Program-made: the position numbers and the translations under genes
Assembly: GCA_030765185.1 (NCBI GenBank)
Contig: JAVCDE010000003.1
Coordinates: 38 to 64,037 of the forward strand
Origin: Candidatus Aceula meridiana
Lineage (GTDB): Bacteria > Omnitrophota > Gorgyraeia > Zapsychrales > Aceulaceae
Length of the DNA stretch: 64,000 nt
Direction: 5' to 3'
Part shown: positions 19,734 through 28,880 of the stretch, piece by piece
How the letters are laid out: each line of letters opens with the position of its first letter
How positions within the stretch are numbered: position 1 is the first letter of the stretch
The notes under the pieces: generated by a model
Told to the model about the DNA's origin: nothing
Database searches by the model: none
Seen by the model: the letters and a program-made list of their open reading frames with translations, nothing else

Positions 19734-22700
19734 ATGTTTCACTATTACCATAAAAGTCATTTTTCCTTAAAAGTTATTATTTTAGCTGTAATATTTATAT
19801 TTACAGTTAATACGATTATTCCTTCTCAAGCCATGGCCCAAGGAGTGTTAGGGCTTCCTGTACCTGGGACTATGGTGTCTTTAAGCCCGGCCTTCACACC
19901 TACCATTCTTCGTGGAATAAGAGTCTATCCTGACAATTCTCTTAAATTCGACTTTATCGTCGATTCTGGTGATACTGGGCTTAAAGGCACTGCATTAAAG
20001 AATGAATCTGAACGTCTTATAAAATATTTCCTTGCTGCTCTAACTATTCCTGAAGATAACCTATGGGTTAACTTATCTCCCCATGAAAAAGATAGAATCA
20101 TCCCTGATTCTTTAGCCCAAACAGATATGGGCACTGATATGCTCGCTCAAGACTATCTTTTAAAACAAATCACAGCATCTCTAATCTATCCAGAAGATGA
20201 ACTTGGTAAACAGTTCTGGCAAAAGATCTATAAAAAAGCCTATGAAGAGTATGGCACTACTAAAATCCCGGTAGATACCTTTAACAAAGTCTGGATCATG
20301 CCTGAGCATGCTGAAGTCTATGTAAAGGATGATCGAGCCTTCGTAGTTGAATCAAAATTGAAGGTTATGCTGGAAGAGGACTACCTCGCGCTCGAGAAGA
20401 GCGCAGAATCCCGAGCAACCAGGAATGCCGCACAATCAAGCCATGCTAACAAGAAAGCTGATAATAAATTAGCCTCTAACATCGTCCGTGAAATTGTTAT
20501 CCCAGCTCTTGAAAAAGAAGTTAATCAAGGTAAAAATTTCGCTCAATTAAGACAAATCTATAATTCTTTAATCCTAGCCTATTGGTTTAAAAATAACCTT
20601 AAAAGTTCTATTGTCAATCAAGTCTATTCTGATCAACAGAAAGTTAAAGGTGTTGATGTTGAAAATGTTTCTCAAGATATTTATAAGCAATATCTAAAAT
20701 CTTTTGAAAAAGGTGTCTGTGACTTTATTAAGGTGGAATACGATCAATATGCACAAAAGAATATTCCTCGAAAGTATTTCTCGGGAGGGGTAGCTTTTGG
20801 CGATGGAGCTAGCAGCGCCATCACCTTTAAGAAAGCCAAAACCCCAGAAGGGCAAAAAGCCGCAAGCGTGATTGGAAAAGTTTTAGGAAATGCAGCATTC
20901 GTTATTTTAGTTACAGTAGTGCTAACCATATCTGCTTTCTCAGGCCCACCTCTGAAGGCTAACCAAGAAGTTAGCAACAAAAGTCAAATCCACAATGTAG
21001 ACTTAGGAAATTTCTCAAGCTTAGAGATTCAAAATAATTCTTTTCCTCTAGATCGATTTTCGAAAGAAGATGATTCCTTGAAAAGCTCAAAAAATAAAAA
21101 TTCTGAAGTTGTTAATCAGCAAAACATGACCGTTTTTTCTGACTATGAAGAAATCAACAAAAGGTATGGTTTCTCACCTAACAGCAATAGCCTGAAAGCC
21201 TTAAAAAAGCTTTCAAGAATGGGGCTTAATGTTTTAAGAGGGGAAAATGAATACAGCAATGGTGTTGCGGCCTGGCAGATTATAGCTCTTTCAAAGGAGC
21301 CAGAAGTCGCCGACGCTATTGCACAAGAAGATTTTGAACAATTTTATTACCGTGTTAATGATACAATTTTTGGTGGTAAAGGTTTTCGAAAAATTGAGGA
21401 TTTGCTCGGCGTTTGTGATCTTTACAATCATTTCTTAAAGCATCAAGACGATAAAGAAATGTTTTATTCTTCTAGATTTAAAGATGCTCTTAATTATGTA
21501 CGCACAAAGTTTCCTAAATTACAAATTTCCACAGAATCTGCTGTTCATGTTTTAAATTTAGCAAGAAATTTTGACGAAAAAGAAACCAAAAAAATTGTTA
21601 CTCAATTCGAATCTTCACAAGAGGGCCAAGAGATATTTATAAACGATTTGTTTGTTTTAGATTATTGTAGAATAAATCCTCGCTTTTATCATTTTCTTTT
21701 TAACCGAAAAGATCTCGAAAAAGAAGTTTTATCAACTATTTATCGCGAACCTGAAAAAGACCGCGAATCTGGAGTTTGGTATAAAAAGGAGCGGCTTTCT
21801 TCAGAAGAAATTAATCAATATCCAACATTATTTCTTTTGCGATCGTTGCTTGTTTATGAGTCCTTAAGAAAAGACAGTGATTTTAAAGACCAGATTATTC
21901 GCCAAATTGCAAGAATTTATTATCAAGACCACCAAGATCAGACAACTGAATATGGTGGCTATCTTTCTCTTAAGGACGGAAAAATTCTTTTTAACCTTCA
22001 GGCGGGGTATTCGCATTATAACGATACCTTTTCAACAAGAGATATTATGATGCCTATTTTTGCAGATTTTCATCTTCATCCTTTTGATGTCGTTGATGGA
22101 GAAATTATTCAAAATTGGTCTGGGCCAAGCGAGGCTGATTTTAAAGTGAGCATCAACGAAAACACCGGACTATCACAAGGGTTTGTTTTCTCAGCTTTTT
22201 CTGATCAAGACGATCAGGTCAAAGTTAATATTGATACGTATATTGGAGATTATTTTTTTAAACCGTTCTTTTTTAAGTTTCCTAAAAATCTCAACTTAGA
22301 CCTTGGAATCATTACCCTTCCCGACAATCAGGATTCTTTTAAGCCTGTAGAGGAATATTCTGGAAAAGATCTTAAAAGGATATGGAAAATTTTAAGAAAA
22401 TTTATTAAAGAAGAAAATAAACGAGCTCAAAAACCTGAAACTTCTAAAAAATTTGCTGATTTGGAAAAAAAAGCACAAAAGAATCCTGAAGATCTTTTTA
22501 TTCCAGAAAATCCTTATTATAAAAACTTAGCTGATAGCGTAAAGAGAGCTCCTGAAAAGTACTCAAAAGAAATAATAATGAACTTTTCTGACATCGCACC
22601 ATTTTTTAAGAATAAAAATAATTTTAGAGAAATCCTGAAAGATGCCATGAATAAATATCCCGAGCTTGCGATAAAATTCTGGGCTTACTCTTATTTTGAA

Positions 22701-25175
22701 AGCGCGGAACAACCTCAGATCTTACTTGATCTTATTAAAAAAGTTCCCGCATTTGGCCTTCAAAATTTTAATGCACGATTTAGATCAAAAGATCTTCGAG
22801 AAGATTTTGCAAGTGGACTCATTGAGATTCTTGAGAATAATCCTGATATTGTTTTTGAATATGCAGACAATATTATTCAACGAAATTCAGACTTTTTTCT
22901 AAACAAAGAGACTGGATTTTCTAAAAAACTTAAAGGAAAAACAGAAAATGAAAAAATTTCACTTCTCATTTCTTCACTAAGAATTCTTGCGGGAGCAAAA
23001 ATGCCTTACGATAAAGAGCATATCAACAATGCTGTTTCTTTGGCTATTGATTTTCAAGAAATTAGTGGCAACGAAATATATTACGATAAAAATACAACAG
23101 TTATTAATATCCTAAACGTTGAAGAGCAGTTCCTTAAGGCAGACGCAGAGGAGCTTGCGGAATTAGGCGGAGTTCCTAAAAATAAAATATTTTCCTTTAA
23201 AGGGGGAGAAGAGAGCAAAGAAGATGTTATTGAAGCCTTAAAGGCAAGTCAGGGTACACGAGTTATTCTTTTTAATGGACACAATACGCCAATCTTTGAA
23301 CGAGACGAAGTAGAAGACTATGGAATTGATTGGGAAATTTTATATGATGATTTAGTAGTCAAAAATAACTTTGCAACTGAAGAATATGAACAAATGATAC
23401 TTATTGAAAATTTAGATAAAATTAAAGAATATTTAAAAACAGTTCATGACCAAGATACATTTAAAAAGATTTCACATTTCTTAGACATAACAGCAAATCG
23501 CCTTGCCTTTGATTATGGAGTATATCTAAATTACGAAGAAATAGTAAATGCGCTCGGAGTTTCTGGAGATTTTAGCCAGACACGTCTCATTAACCTTAGT
23601 TGTGATTCATATAATCACAACTGGTCTTTTGTTAATTTTTTAAATCAAAATTTTTCTCAAAATCCACAAGTCACAGTTTCTGAGGCCGATAGAGGAGAGC
23701 CTGGATCAGGAAAAGAGGCCGATTACTTAAGGTCCATAATAAAAACAGTTAAAGAAGAACGAGGCAACGATCAAGAAAAGAAACCAATTCTTGGGCGACA
23801 CTTCTTGGCAGCAAAAACAGATGCCGTCCTCTCTAAACAGCATCCTGTTATCTTCTTTTTTCCAGGAAAACAAGTTGTCCGAGACCTATTTGTTAAATAT
23901 TTTGGTGAAAAAGGCACCGAGTATTACGATGAATTTTACAATAAAAATGATGATATTGACAATCTTCCAGAGGGTGGAATGGAGACAGGGTGGATTTTAA
24001 ACACCAAACTCAAAAGCCAAAATCCATTATTAGCATTTCAGGTCTCGTTATCTCCGAATAACAGTGTAAACGAAAACAATATTTTATTCGGAAAATTAAA
24101 TACAGATGTTTTGGATCAAGGAGAGGTTCTTGGAGCAAGCAAGGGAGATACTTTTTATCCTTCTGAATTTTACGACATGACAGCTGCAATGTTTACGGCT
24201 GTTTTAAGAAATGAAGATTTAGAAGTCCTTACTGAGAATGGAGGAAAACAACTTTTAGTTGAGCGTGTTGAAGCTCCCCAAAAAGCATCGAGTAGCCAAG
24301 CTGCATCTTCTGTTATTCGGAGCGAAGATGGAAAGCTCGAGATTCAAAAGCTTCCAAATTTAAAGCAAGTAAAAGATGCATCAAAAAAATCTATCATTAT
24401 AAAAGAAAACCAAGGACAACCAAGCCAAGGCCTTGCCCCTATGAAAAGTGAAAAAGAATTCTTGTTTTGTCATGCCATCATTCTTCGCAATAAAACAACC
24501 GATAAATATGTATTCTTGCATTTAGCTGATGGATTAAAAGAAACTGGAAGCGAATTCTTAGCCCGAATCAATAATACTCAAACACAAAAAACAACTGAAA
24601 ATAAAAAATTTGGAGAATTAACTTTTGGAGAACTCTTAGAATCTCTAGGAAAGGGCGAAAAAGAAGCTATTTATCTAGCTCGCAATAAAGCAGAGGCAAA
24701 AAAATCAGAAGAATATCTATCAAATAAATTTAATATTAAAACATCACAATTTGTCGAAATCACTGGGAAAAATCTTGTTTCTTGGAATATGATTTTTGAG
24801 CCAGAAATAAATGAAATTATTGTCTATGGGGGCAGAGAAGCTTATAGCTTTCAAGCTTTTGCTGAATCTTCAGAAGAAAATGTTAAAAATAGAAGCGCTA
24901 AAAAAACTGCATCATCCAAGATTACATCTACAGGTGGTATCGACTTTAATGCTGAAAACATGAACGTTACAACTAAAGGCGATCAAATTAATTTTAATGT
25001 TCCAATCGATATGCAAAATATTAGCTCAAGTAGCATTGAAGGTTTTGTGCCGATTATTATTAATATTACTCCTGTGACAAATTTTATAGGTCTTCTAGGC
25101 CTTGATGATACGGACAAAAAGGATGCCGAACAGATTAGTTATATATCTGAACTCATAGGAGATAAGCAATCTTGA
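19734..25175 (+). CDS. large secreted modular protein (Omnitrophota-type N-terminal cap and GGID C-terminal cap)
   Basis: 1813-aa ORF with AAGGGG RBS and signal peptide ending AMA-Q; N-cap LPVPGTMV...RKYFSGG; C-cap GGIDFN...EGFVPIIINITPV; internal enzyme-like motifs. Confidence 0.85.
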   Translation: MFHYYHKSHFSLKVIILAVIFIFTVNTIIPSQAMAQGVLGLPVPGTMVSLSPAFTPTILRGIRVYPDNSLKFDFIVDSGDTGLKGTALKNESERLIKYFLAALTIPEDNLWVNLSPHEKDRIIPDSLAQTDMGTDMLAQDYLLKQITASLIYPEDELGKQFWQKIYKKAYEEYGTTKIPVDTFNKVWIMPEHAEVYVKDDRAFVVESKLKVMLEEDYLALEKSAESRATRNAAQSSHANKKADNKLASNIVREIVIPALEKEVNQGKNFAQLRQIYNSLILAYWFKNNLKSSIVNQVYSDQQKVKGVDVENVSQDIYKQYLKSFEKGVCDFIKVEYDQYAQKNIPRKYFSGGVAFGDGASSAITFKKAKTPEGQKAASVIGKVLGNAAFVILVTVVLTISAFSGPPLKANQEVSNKSQIHNVDLGNFSSLEIQNNSFPLDRFSKEDDSLKSSKNKNSEVVNQQNMTVFSDYEEINKRYGFSPNSNSLKALKKLSRMGLNVLRGENEYSNGVAAWQIIALSKEPEVADAIAQEDFEQFYYRVNDTIFGGKGFRKIEDLLGVCDLYNHFLKHQDDKEMFYSSRFKDALNYVRTKFPKLQISTESAVHVLNLARNFDEKETKKIVTQFESSQEGQEIFINDLFVLDYCRINPRFYHFLFNRKDLEKEVLSTIYREPEKDRESGVWYKKERLSSEEINQYPTLFLLRSLLVYESLRKDSDFKDQIIRQIARIYYQDHQDQTTEYGGYLSLKDGKILFNLQAGYSHYNDTFSTRDIMMPIFADFHLHPFDVVDGEIIQNWSGPSEADFKVSINENTGLSQGFVFSAFSDQDDQVKVNIDTYIGDYFFKPFFFKFPKNLNLDLGIITLPDNQDSFKPVEEYSGKDLKRIWKILRKFIKEENKRAQKPETSKKFADLEKKAQKNPEDLFIPENPYYKNLADSVKRAPEKYSKEIIMNFSDIAPFFKNKNNFREILKDAMNKYPELAIKFWAYSYFESAEQPQILLDLIKKVPAFGLQNFNARFRSKDLREDFASGLIEILENNPDIVFEYADNIIQRNSDFFLNKETGFSKKLKGKTENEKISLLISSLRILAGAKMPYDKEHINNAVSLAIDFQEISGNEIYYDKNTTVINILNVEEQFLKADAEELAELGGVPKNKIFSFKGGEESKEDVIEALKASQGTRVILFNGHNTPIFERDEVEDYGIDWEILYDDLVVKNNFATEEYEQMILIENLDKIKEYLKTVHDQDTFKKISHFLDITANRLAFDYGVYLNYEEIVNALGVSGDFSQTRLINLSCDSYNHNWSFVNFLNQNFSQNPQVTVSEADRGEPGSGKEADYLRSIIKTVKEERGNDQEKKPILGRHFLAAKTDAVLSKQHPVIFFFPGKQVVRDLFVKYFGEKGTEYYDEFYNKNDDIDNLPEGGMETGWILNTKLKSQNPLLAFQVSLSPNNSVNENNILFGKLNTDVLDQGEVLGASKGDTFYPSEFYDMTAAMFTAVLRNEDLEVLTENGGKQLLVERVEAPQKASSSQAASSVIRSEDGKLEIQKLPNLKQVKDASKKSIIIKENQGQPSQGLAPMKSEKEFLFCHAIILRNKTTDKYVFLHLADGLKETGSEFLARINNTQTQKTTENKKFGELTFGELLESLGKGEKEAIYLARNKAEAKKSEEYLSNKFNIKTSQFVEITGKNLVSWNMIFEPEINEIIVYGGREAYSFQAFAESSEENVKNRSAKKTASSKITSTGGIDFNAENMNVTTKGDQINFNVPIDMQNISSSSIEGFVPIIINITPVTNFIGLLGLDDTDKKDAEQISYISELIGDKQS

Positions 25176-25203
25176 TTAAGAAAAAAGAAACGGTTAAGAC
25201 ATA

Positions 25204-25239
25204 AAAAGGGCCGCAAAAATATTTTTGCGGCCCTTTTGT
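25204..25239. terminator. bidirectional terminator-like perfect palindrome, copy 2
   Basis: Identical 36 nt to 19308-19343; lies between convergent genes. Confidence 0.8.
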
Positions 25240-25255
25240 CTATAAACTAAAATTT

Positions 25256-26452
25256 TTATTTGTTTAATGCTTTTTTAAATTTTGCGGTTAAAAGAGGAAC
25301 AACCTTAAATAAGTCTCCGACAATACCATAGTTGGCAACGGTAAAAATTGGAGCGCTAGAATCTTGGTTGATCGCAATGATGATGTCAGCGGATTGCATT
25401 CCAACAAGATGCTGAATTTGCCCGGAGATACCGCAGGCGATATAAATTTTTGGACAAACTGTTTTTCCTGTTTGGCCTACTTGGTGGGAGTAAGGCATCC
25501 ATCCGGCATCAACGGCTGCACGCGAAGATCCAACAGCCCCTCCTAAAACTTTAGCTAATTCTTCAATAATTTCAAAATTTTCTGGGCTCTTCATGCCACG
25601 TCCACCGGAAACAATAATGTTGGCCTCGGCAATATTAATTGTTGAGGTCACTTCTTCGACAATATCTAAAATTTTAGTACGTGATGCCAAAAGCGTTTTT
25701 GGGACTTCTTCAACAATAACTTCGCCTTTACGGCTCGTATCAATTTCAGCTTCTTTAAAAACTTTATGACGAACCGTAGCCATTTGAGGACGATGGTTTT
25801 TGCTTAAAATTGTAGCCATGATGTTTCCACCAAAAGCTGGTCGTGTTTGAAGCAAGAATTTTTCTTTTTCATCAATATCAAGACCGGTGCAATCTGCGGT
25901 TAAGCCTGTATGAAGCTTAACGGCAACACGAGAAATAAGAGAGCGTCCCATAAAAGTGGCACCGCATAAAAATATTTCTGGTCTATGTTTGCGAAGAAGA
26001 TTGACTAAAACATTTGTGTAAGGCTCATCTAAAAAGTTTTCTAGCTCAGGACTATCAACAACATAGACTTTATTCGCACCACGATGAATAAGCTCTTGAA
26101 GATTGTTTTTGATATTATGACCAAGGACAACGCAGCAAACTTCTGTTTTTAATTTTTTAGCAAGCTCTTGAGCTTTTCCTAAAAGTTCGTAAGAAATAGA
26201 TTGGATAACGCCTTTTTTTTGTTCACCAAAAACCCAGATACCTTTATATTCTTCTAAGTTAGGTGTTTTTCCGCTGTCGCGTTTTAATTCAATGGCATCA
26301 AATTTACAAGAATCCACACAAGCGCCGCAAAGCGTACATTTATCAAGATCAATGACAGCTTTTTTGCTGCTCATCTCAATGGCGGCAAAAGGGCATACCT
26401 TAACGCATAAGGTGCATCCGGTACATTTATCATTAATTACTTTGATGCTCAT
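25256..26452 (-). CDS. etfA: electron transfer flavoprotein alpha subunit with N-terminal 2x[4Fe-4S] ferredoxin domain
   Basis: CTGCTLCVKVCP and CTLCGACVDSC; TRPAFGGN, GGRG, QVGQTG, GISGQIQH. Confidence 0.95.
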   Translation of the reverse strand: MSIKVINDKCTGCTLCVKVCPFAAIEMSSKKAVIDLDKCTLCGACVDSCKFDAIELKRDSGKTPNLEEYKGIWVFGEQKKGVIQSISYELLGKAQELAKKLKTEVCCVVLGHNIKNNLQELIHRGANKVYVVDSPELENFLDEPYTNVLVNLLRKHRPEIFLCGATFMGRSLISRVAVKLHTGLTADCTGLDIDEKEKFLLQTRPAFGGNIMATILSKNHRPQMATVRHKVFKEAEIDTSRKGEVIVEEVPKTLLASRTKILDIVEEVTSTINIAEANIIVSGGRGMKSPENFEIIEELAKVLGGAVGSSRAAVDAGWMPYSHQVGQTGKTVCPKIYIACGISGQIQHLVGMQSADIIIAINQDSSAPIFTVANYGIVGDLFKVVPLLTAKFKKALNK

Positions 26453-27234
26453 GAATTTAACCTATCTTTCAAAGCCTCAACGAGCTTGGTGGCTACATCT
26501 TCGGGCTCGCCTTCAAAAACTTCACCCCTGGGCCTTGGAGGAGGTGTAAAGATTTTCGAAACCCACGTCGGCGATCCAGTCAATCCCAAACGAGCTTCGT
26601 CAATATCAAGGTCAATCGCCTTCCAGGAAACAATTTCTGCTTTTTTAGCTTTCATGCGGCCTTTAAGAGAAGGGATGCGTGGTTCATTGATTTCTTTAAC
26701 AACTGTAAAAAGGCAAGGAAGAGAAGTCTTAACGATCTCAAATCCTTCTTCAGTCATGCGTTCGACTTGAGCAGATTTTTCATCGGCTTCTTCAATTTTT
26801 TTAACATAAGTAACTTGAGGGATGTCTAATTGTGTGGCAATGCCAGGACCGACTTGAGCCGTATCGCCATCGGATGCCTGCTTTCCGCAAAGGATGATAT
26901 CAAAGTTTTTAATTTTTTGGATAGCCTTAGCGAGCGTATAGCCTGTAGCGAGTGTATCACTTCCGGCAAAAGCACGGTCACTAACAAGGTAAGCCTCATC
27001 ACAGCCCATTGAAATAGCTTCACGTAAAGCAGCTTCTGCCTGAGGTGGGCCCATCGTTAAAACAACAGTTTTTCCGCCGAATTTCTCCTTAAGGCGCACA
27101 CCTTCCTCGATGGCGTATGTGTCAAAAGGATTAATAATTGACTCAACACCTTCGCGGATCAAAGTATTTGTTTCGGGATCAATTCTAACTTGGGTTGTAT
27201 CAGGAACTTGCTTTATGCAAACAATGATATTCAT
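26449..27234 (-). CDS. etfB: electron transfer flavoprotein beta subunit
   Basis: CIKQVPD, NPFD, GSDTLAT, GKQASDGDTAQVGP, NEPRIP. Confidence 0.96.
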   Translation of the reverse strand: MNIIVCIKQVPDTTQVRIDPETNTLIREGVESIINPFDTYAIEEGVRLKEKFGGKTVVLTMGPPQAEAALREAISMGCDEAYLVSDRAFAGSDTLATGYTLAKAIQKIKNFDIILCGKQASDGDTAQVGPGIATQLDIPQVTYVKKIEEADEKSAQVERMTEEGFEIVKTSLPCLFTVVKEINEPRIPSLKGRMKAKKAEIVSWKAIDLDIDEARLGLTGSPTWVSKIFTPPPRPRGEVFEGEPEDVATKLVEALKDRLNS

Positions 27235-27236
27235 AA

Positions 27237-28388
27237 TTATATTTTTGATTGTTTGATGAGTTCAAGCGCAATAATATTTCTTTGAATTTGGTTTGTGCCT
27301 TCGTAAATTTGAGTTATTTTAGCATCGCGCATATATTTTTCAACAGGATATTCTTTGCAATATCCGTAGCCGCCAAAAATTTGGACAGCATCTACGGTAA
27401 CTTTCATAGCAACATCCGAGGCATACATTTTGGCCATGGATGATTCTTTAGTGATGCTTTTGACGCCAGCATCAATCTGACGAGCAGAAGCGTATATCAG
27501 TGCGCGGGCAGCTTCAATCTCTGTGGCCATATCCGCAAGCATAAACTGAATACCCTGGAAGCTTGAGATGGATTTTCCAAATTGTTTTCTTTCTTGAGAA
27601 TATTTGAGGGCTGCTTCAAATGCGCCTTGGGCGATTCCAAGAGCTTGAGCCCCGATACCTGGACGAGACTGATCAAAAGTTCTCATAGCTAATAAAAAGC
27701 CTTGGCCCTCGCGGCCAATTAAGTTTTCTTTAGGGACCTTACAGTCGGTAAAAATAAGTTCGCGTGTCGAGGACGCGCGAATACCAAGTTTTTCTTCTTT
27801 TTTCCCAAAAGTGAACCCTGGAGTGTCTTTATCAACAATAAAGATGCTAGCTCCGCGAGCACCCTTTGCTTTATTGGTCATGGCAACAATGGTATAAATT
27901 TCTGCGTCACCACCGTTGGTAATAAAATGCTTTGTTCCGTTTAAGATATAATGATCGCCGTCTTTTTTGGCTGTGGTTTGCATACCAGCGACATCCGATC
28001 CTGCGGCTGGTTCGGTAATGCCATAGGCGGCTAGTTTTTTGCCAGAGGCAATATCCGGAAGGTATCTTTCTTTTTGGTCGTCATTTCCAGCGATTAAAAT
28101 TGGCTCAGCGCCTAGGGCTGTTCCGGCAAAAGCTAGGGCAATCCCAGCACATCCCCGTGAAAGCTCTTCAGCTACGATACAAAGCTCCATCATCCCGCCG
28201 CCCATACCGCCGTATTTTTCATCAATATAAACACCGCAGATATCAGAATCAGCTAGGACTTTTACGATATCCCAGGGGAATATTTCTTTTTCATCATATT
28301 CAGCAGCAACAGGCTTGATTTTTTCTTCGGTAATTTCACGACAAAGGTCGCGTATCATTACTTGTTCTTCGGTCAAAAGATAATCCAT
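27237..28388 (-). CDS. acyl-CoA dehydrogenase (butyryl/caffeyl-CoA reductase-like)
   Basis: TEPAAGSD, NGTKHFITNG, RKQFG, QIFGGYGY, IYEGTNQIQR; start set at MDYLL after a GGAGG RBS. Confidence 0.94.
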   Translation of the reverse strand: MDYLLTEEQVMIRDLCREITEEKIKPVAAEYDEKEIFPWDIVKVLADSDICGVYIDEKYGGMGGGMMELCIVAEELSRGCAGIALAFAGTALGAEPILIAGNDDQKERYLPDIASGKKLAAYGITEPAAGSDVAGMQTTAKKDGDHYILNGTKHFITNGGDAEIYTIVAMTNKAKGARGASIFIVDKDTPGFTFGKKEEKLGIRASSTRELIFTDCKVPKENLIGREGQGFLLAMRTFDQSRPGIGAQALGIAQGAFEAALKYSQERKQFGKSISSFQGIQFMLADMATEIEAARALIYASARQIDAGVKSITKESSMAKMYASDVAMKVTVDAVQIFGGYGYCKEYPVEKYMRDAKITQIYEGTNQIQRNIIALELIKQSKI

Positions 28389-28705
28389 TTTGAGAGCCTC
28401 CTGTATATAAATATCTAATATAAAGACGTTTGTGAAACTGAAACATAGTACCACATGCAGACTAAGGAAGGCAATATTTTTTTTAAATTTTCATTCGTTA
28501 TTTTTAAAATTTAAAAAATATTTTTAGAGTTTCGATGTCTAACTAAAGAATATTTTTTTGTGAATCGGCGGTTGTTGTTACAGTAATTACTTCTGAAATT
28601 TATGAAAATTTTTAAAAGATGTTTTTAGGAAAGTGAGACGGTGTGGGTGGCATCTTTAGAGCAAAAACAGGGGCTATTTTTATTGATTTTTCGTCAATAT
28701 TGGCA

Positions 28706-28806
28706 ATGTAAGAATATGTAAGAATATGTAAAATATGTAATCCTAAAGACTATTATAGAAAAATTATGTAAAAATACTTGACTTAATGCTAATTATGTAA
28801 TAAATT
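28706..28806 (+). promoter_or_regulatory. array of ATGTAA direct repeats around a putative promoter
   Basis: ATGTAA at 28706, 28716, 28726, 28735, 28766, 28795; TTGACT 28778-28783, TAAATT 28801-28806. Confidence 0.6.
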
Positions 28807-28880
28807 AGTTTTCGAAGCAAGTTTTTGTTAATAATCTGTTTTATCCGTTTGAAATAATATATATAAAAAAGAAAGAACAT

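Noticed and set aside
19509-19760. 83-aa antisense ORF upstream of the large gene as an immunity or regulatory partner
   Set aside because: It overlaps the promoter and start of the large gene, has no RBS and looks like translated AT-rich non-coding DNA
19308-25239. Classical IS/transposon, integron cassette or DGR target
   Set aside because: No transposase, integrase or reverse transcriptase in the window; the palindromes lack attC features; no TR/VR pair seen
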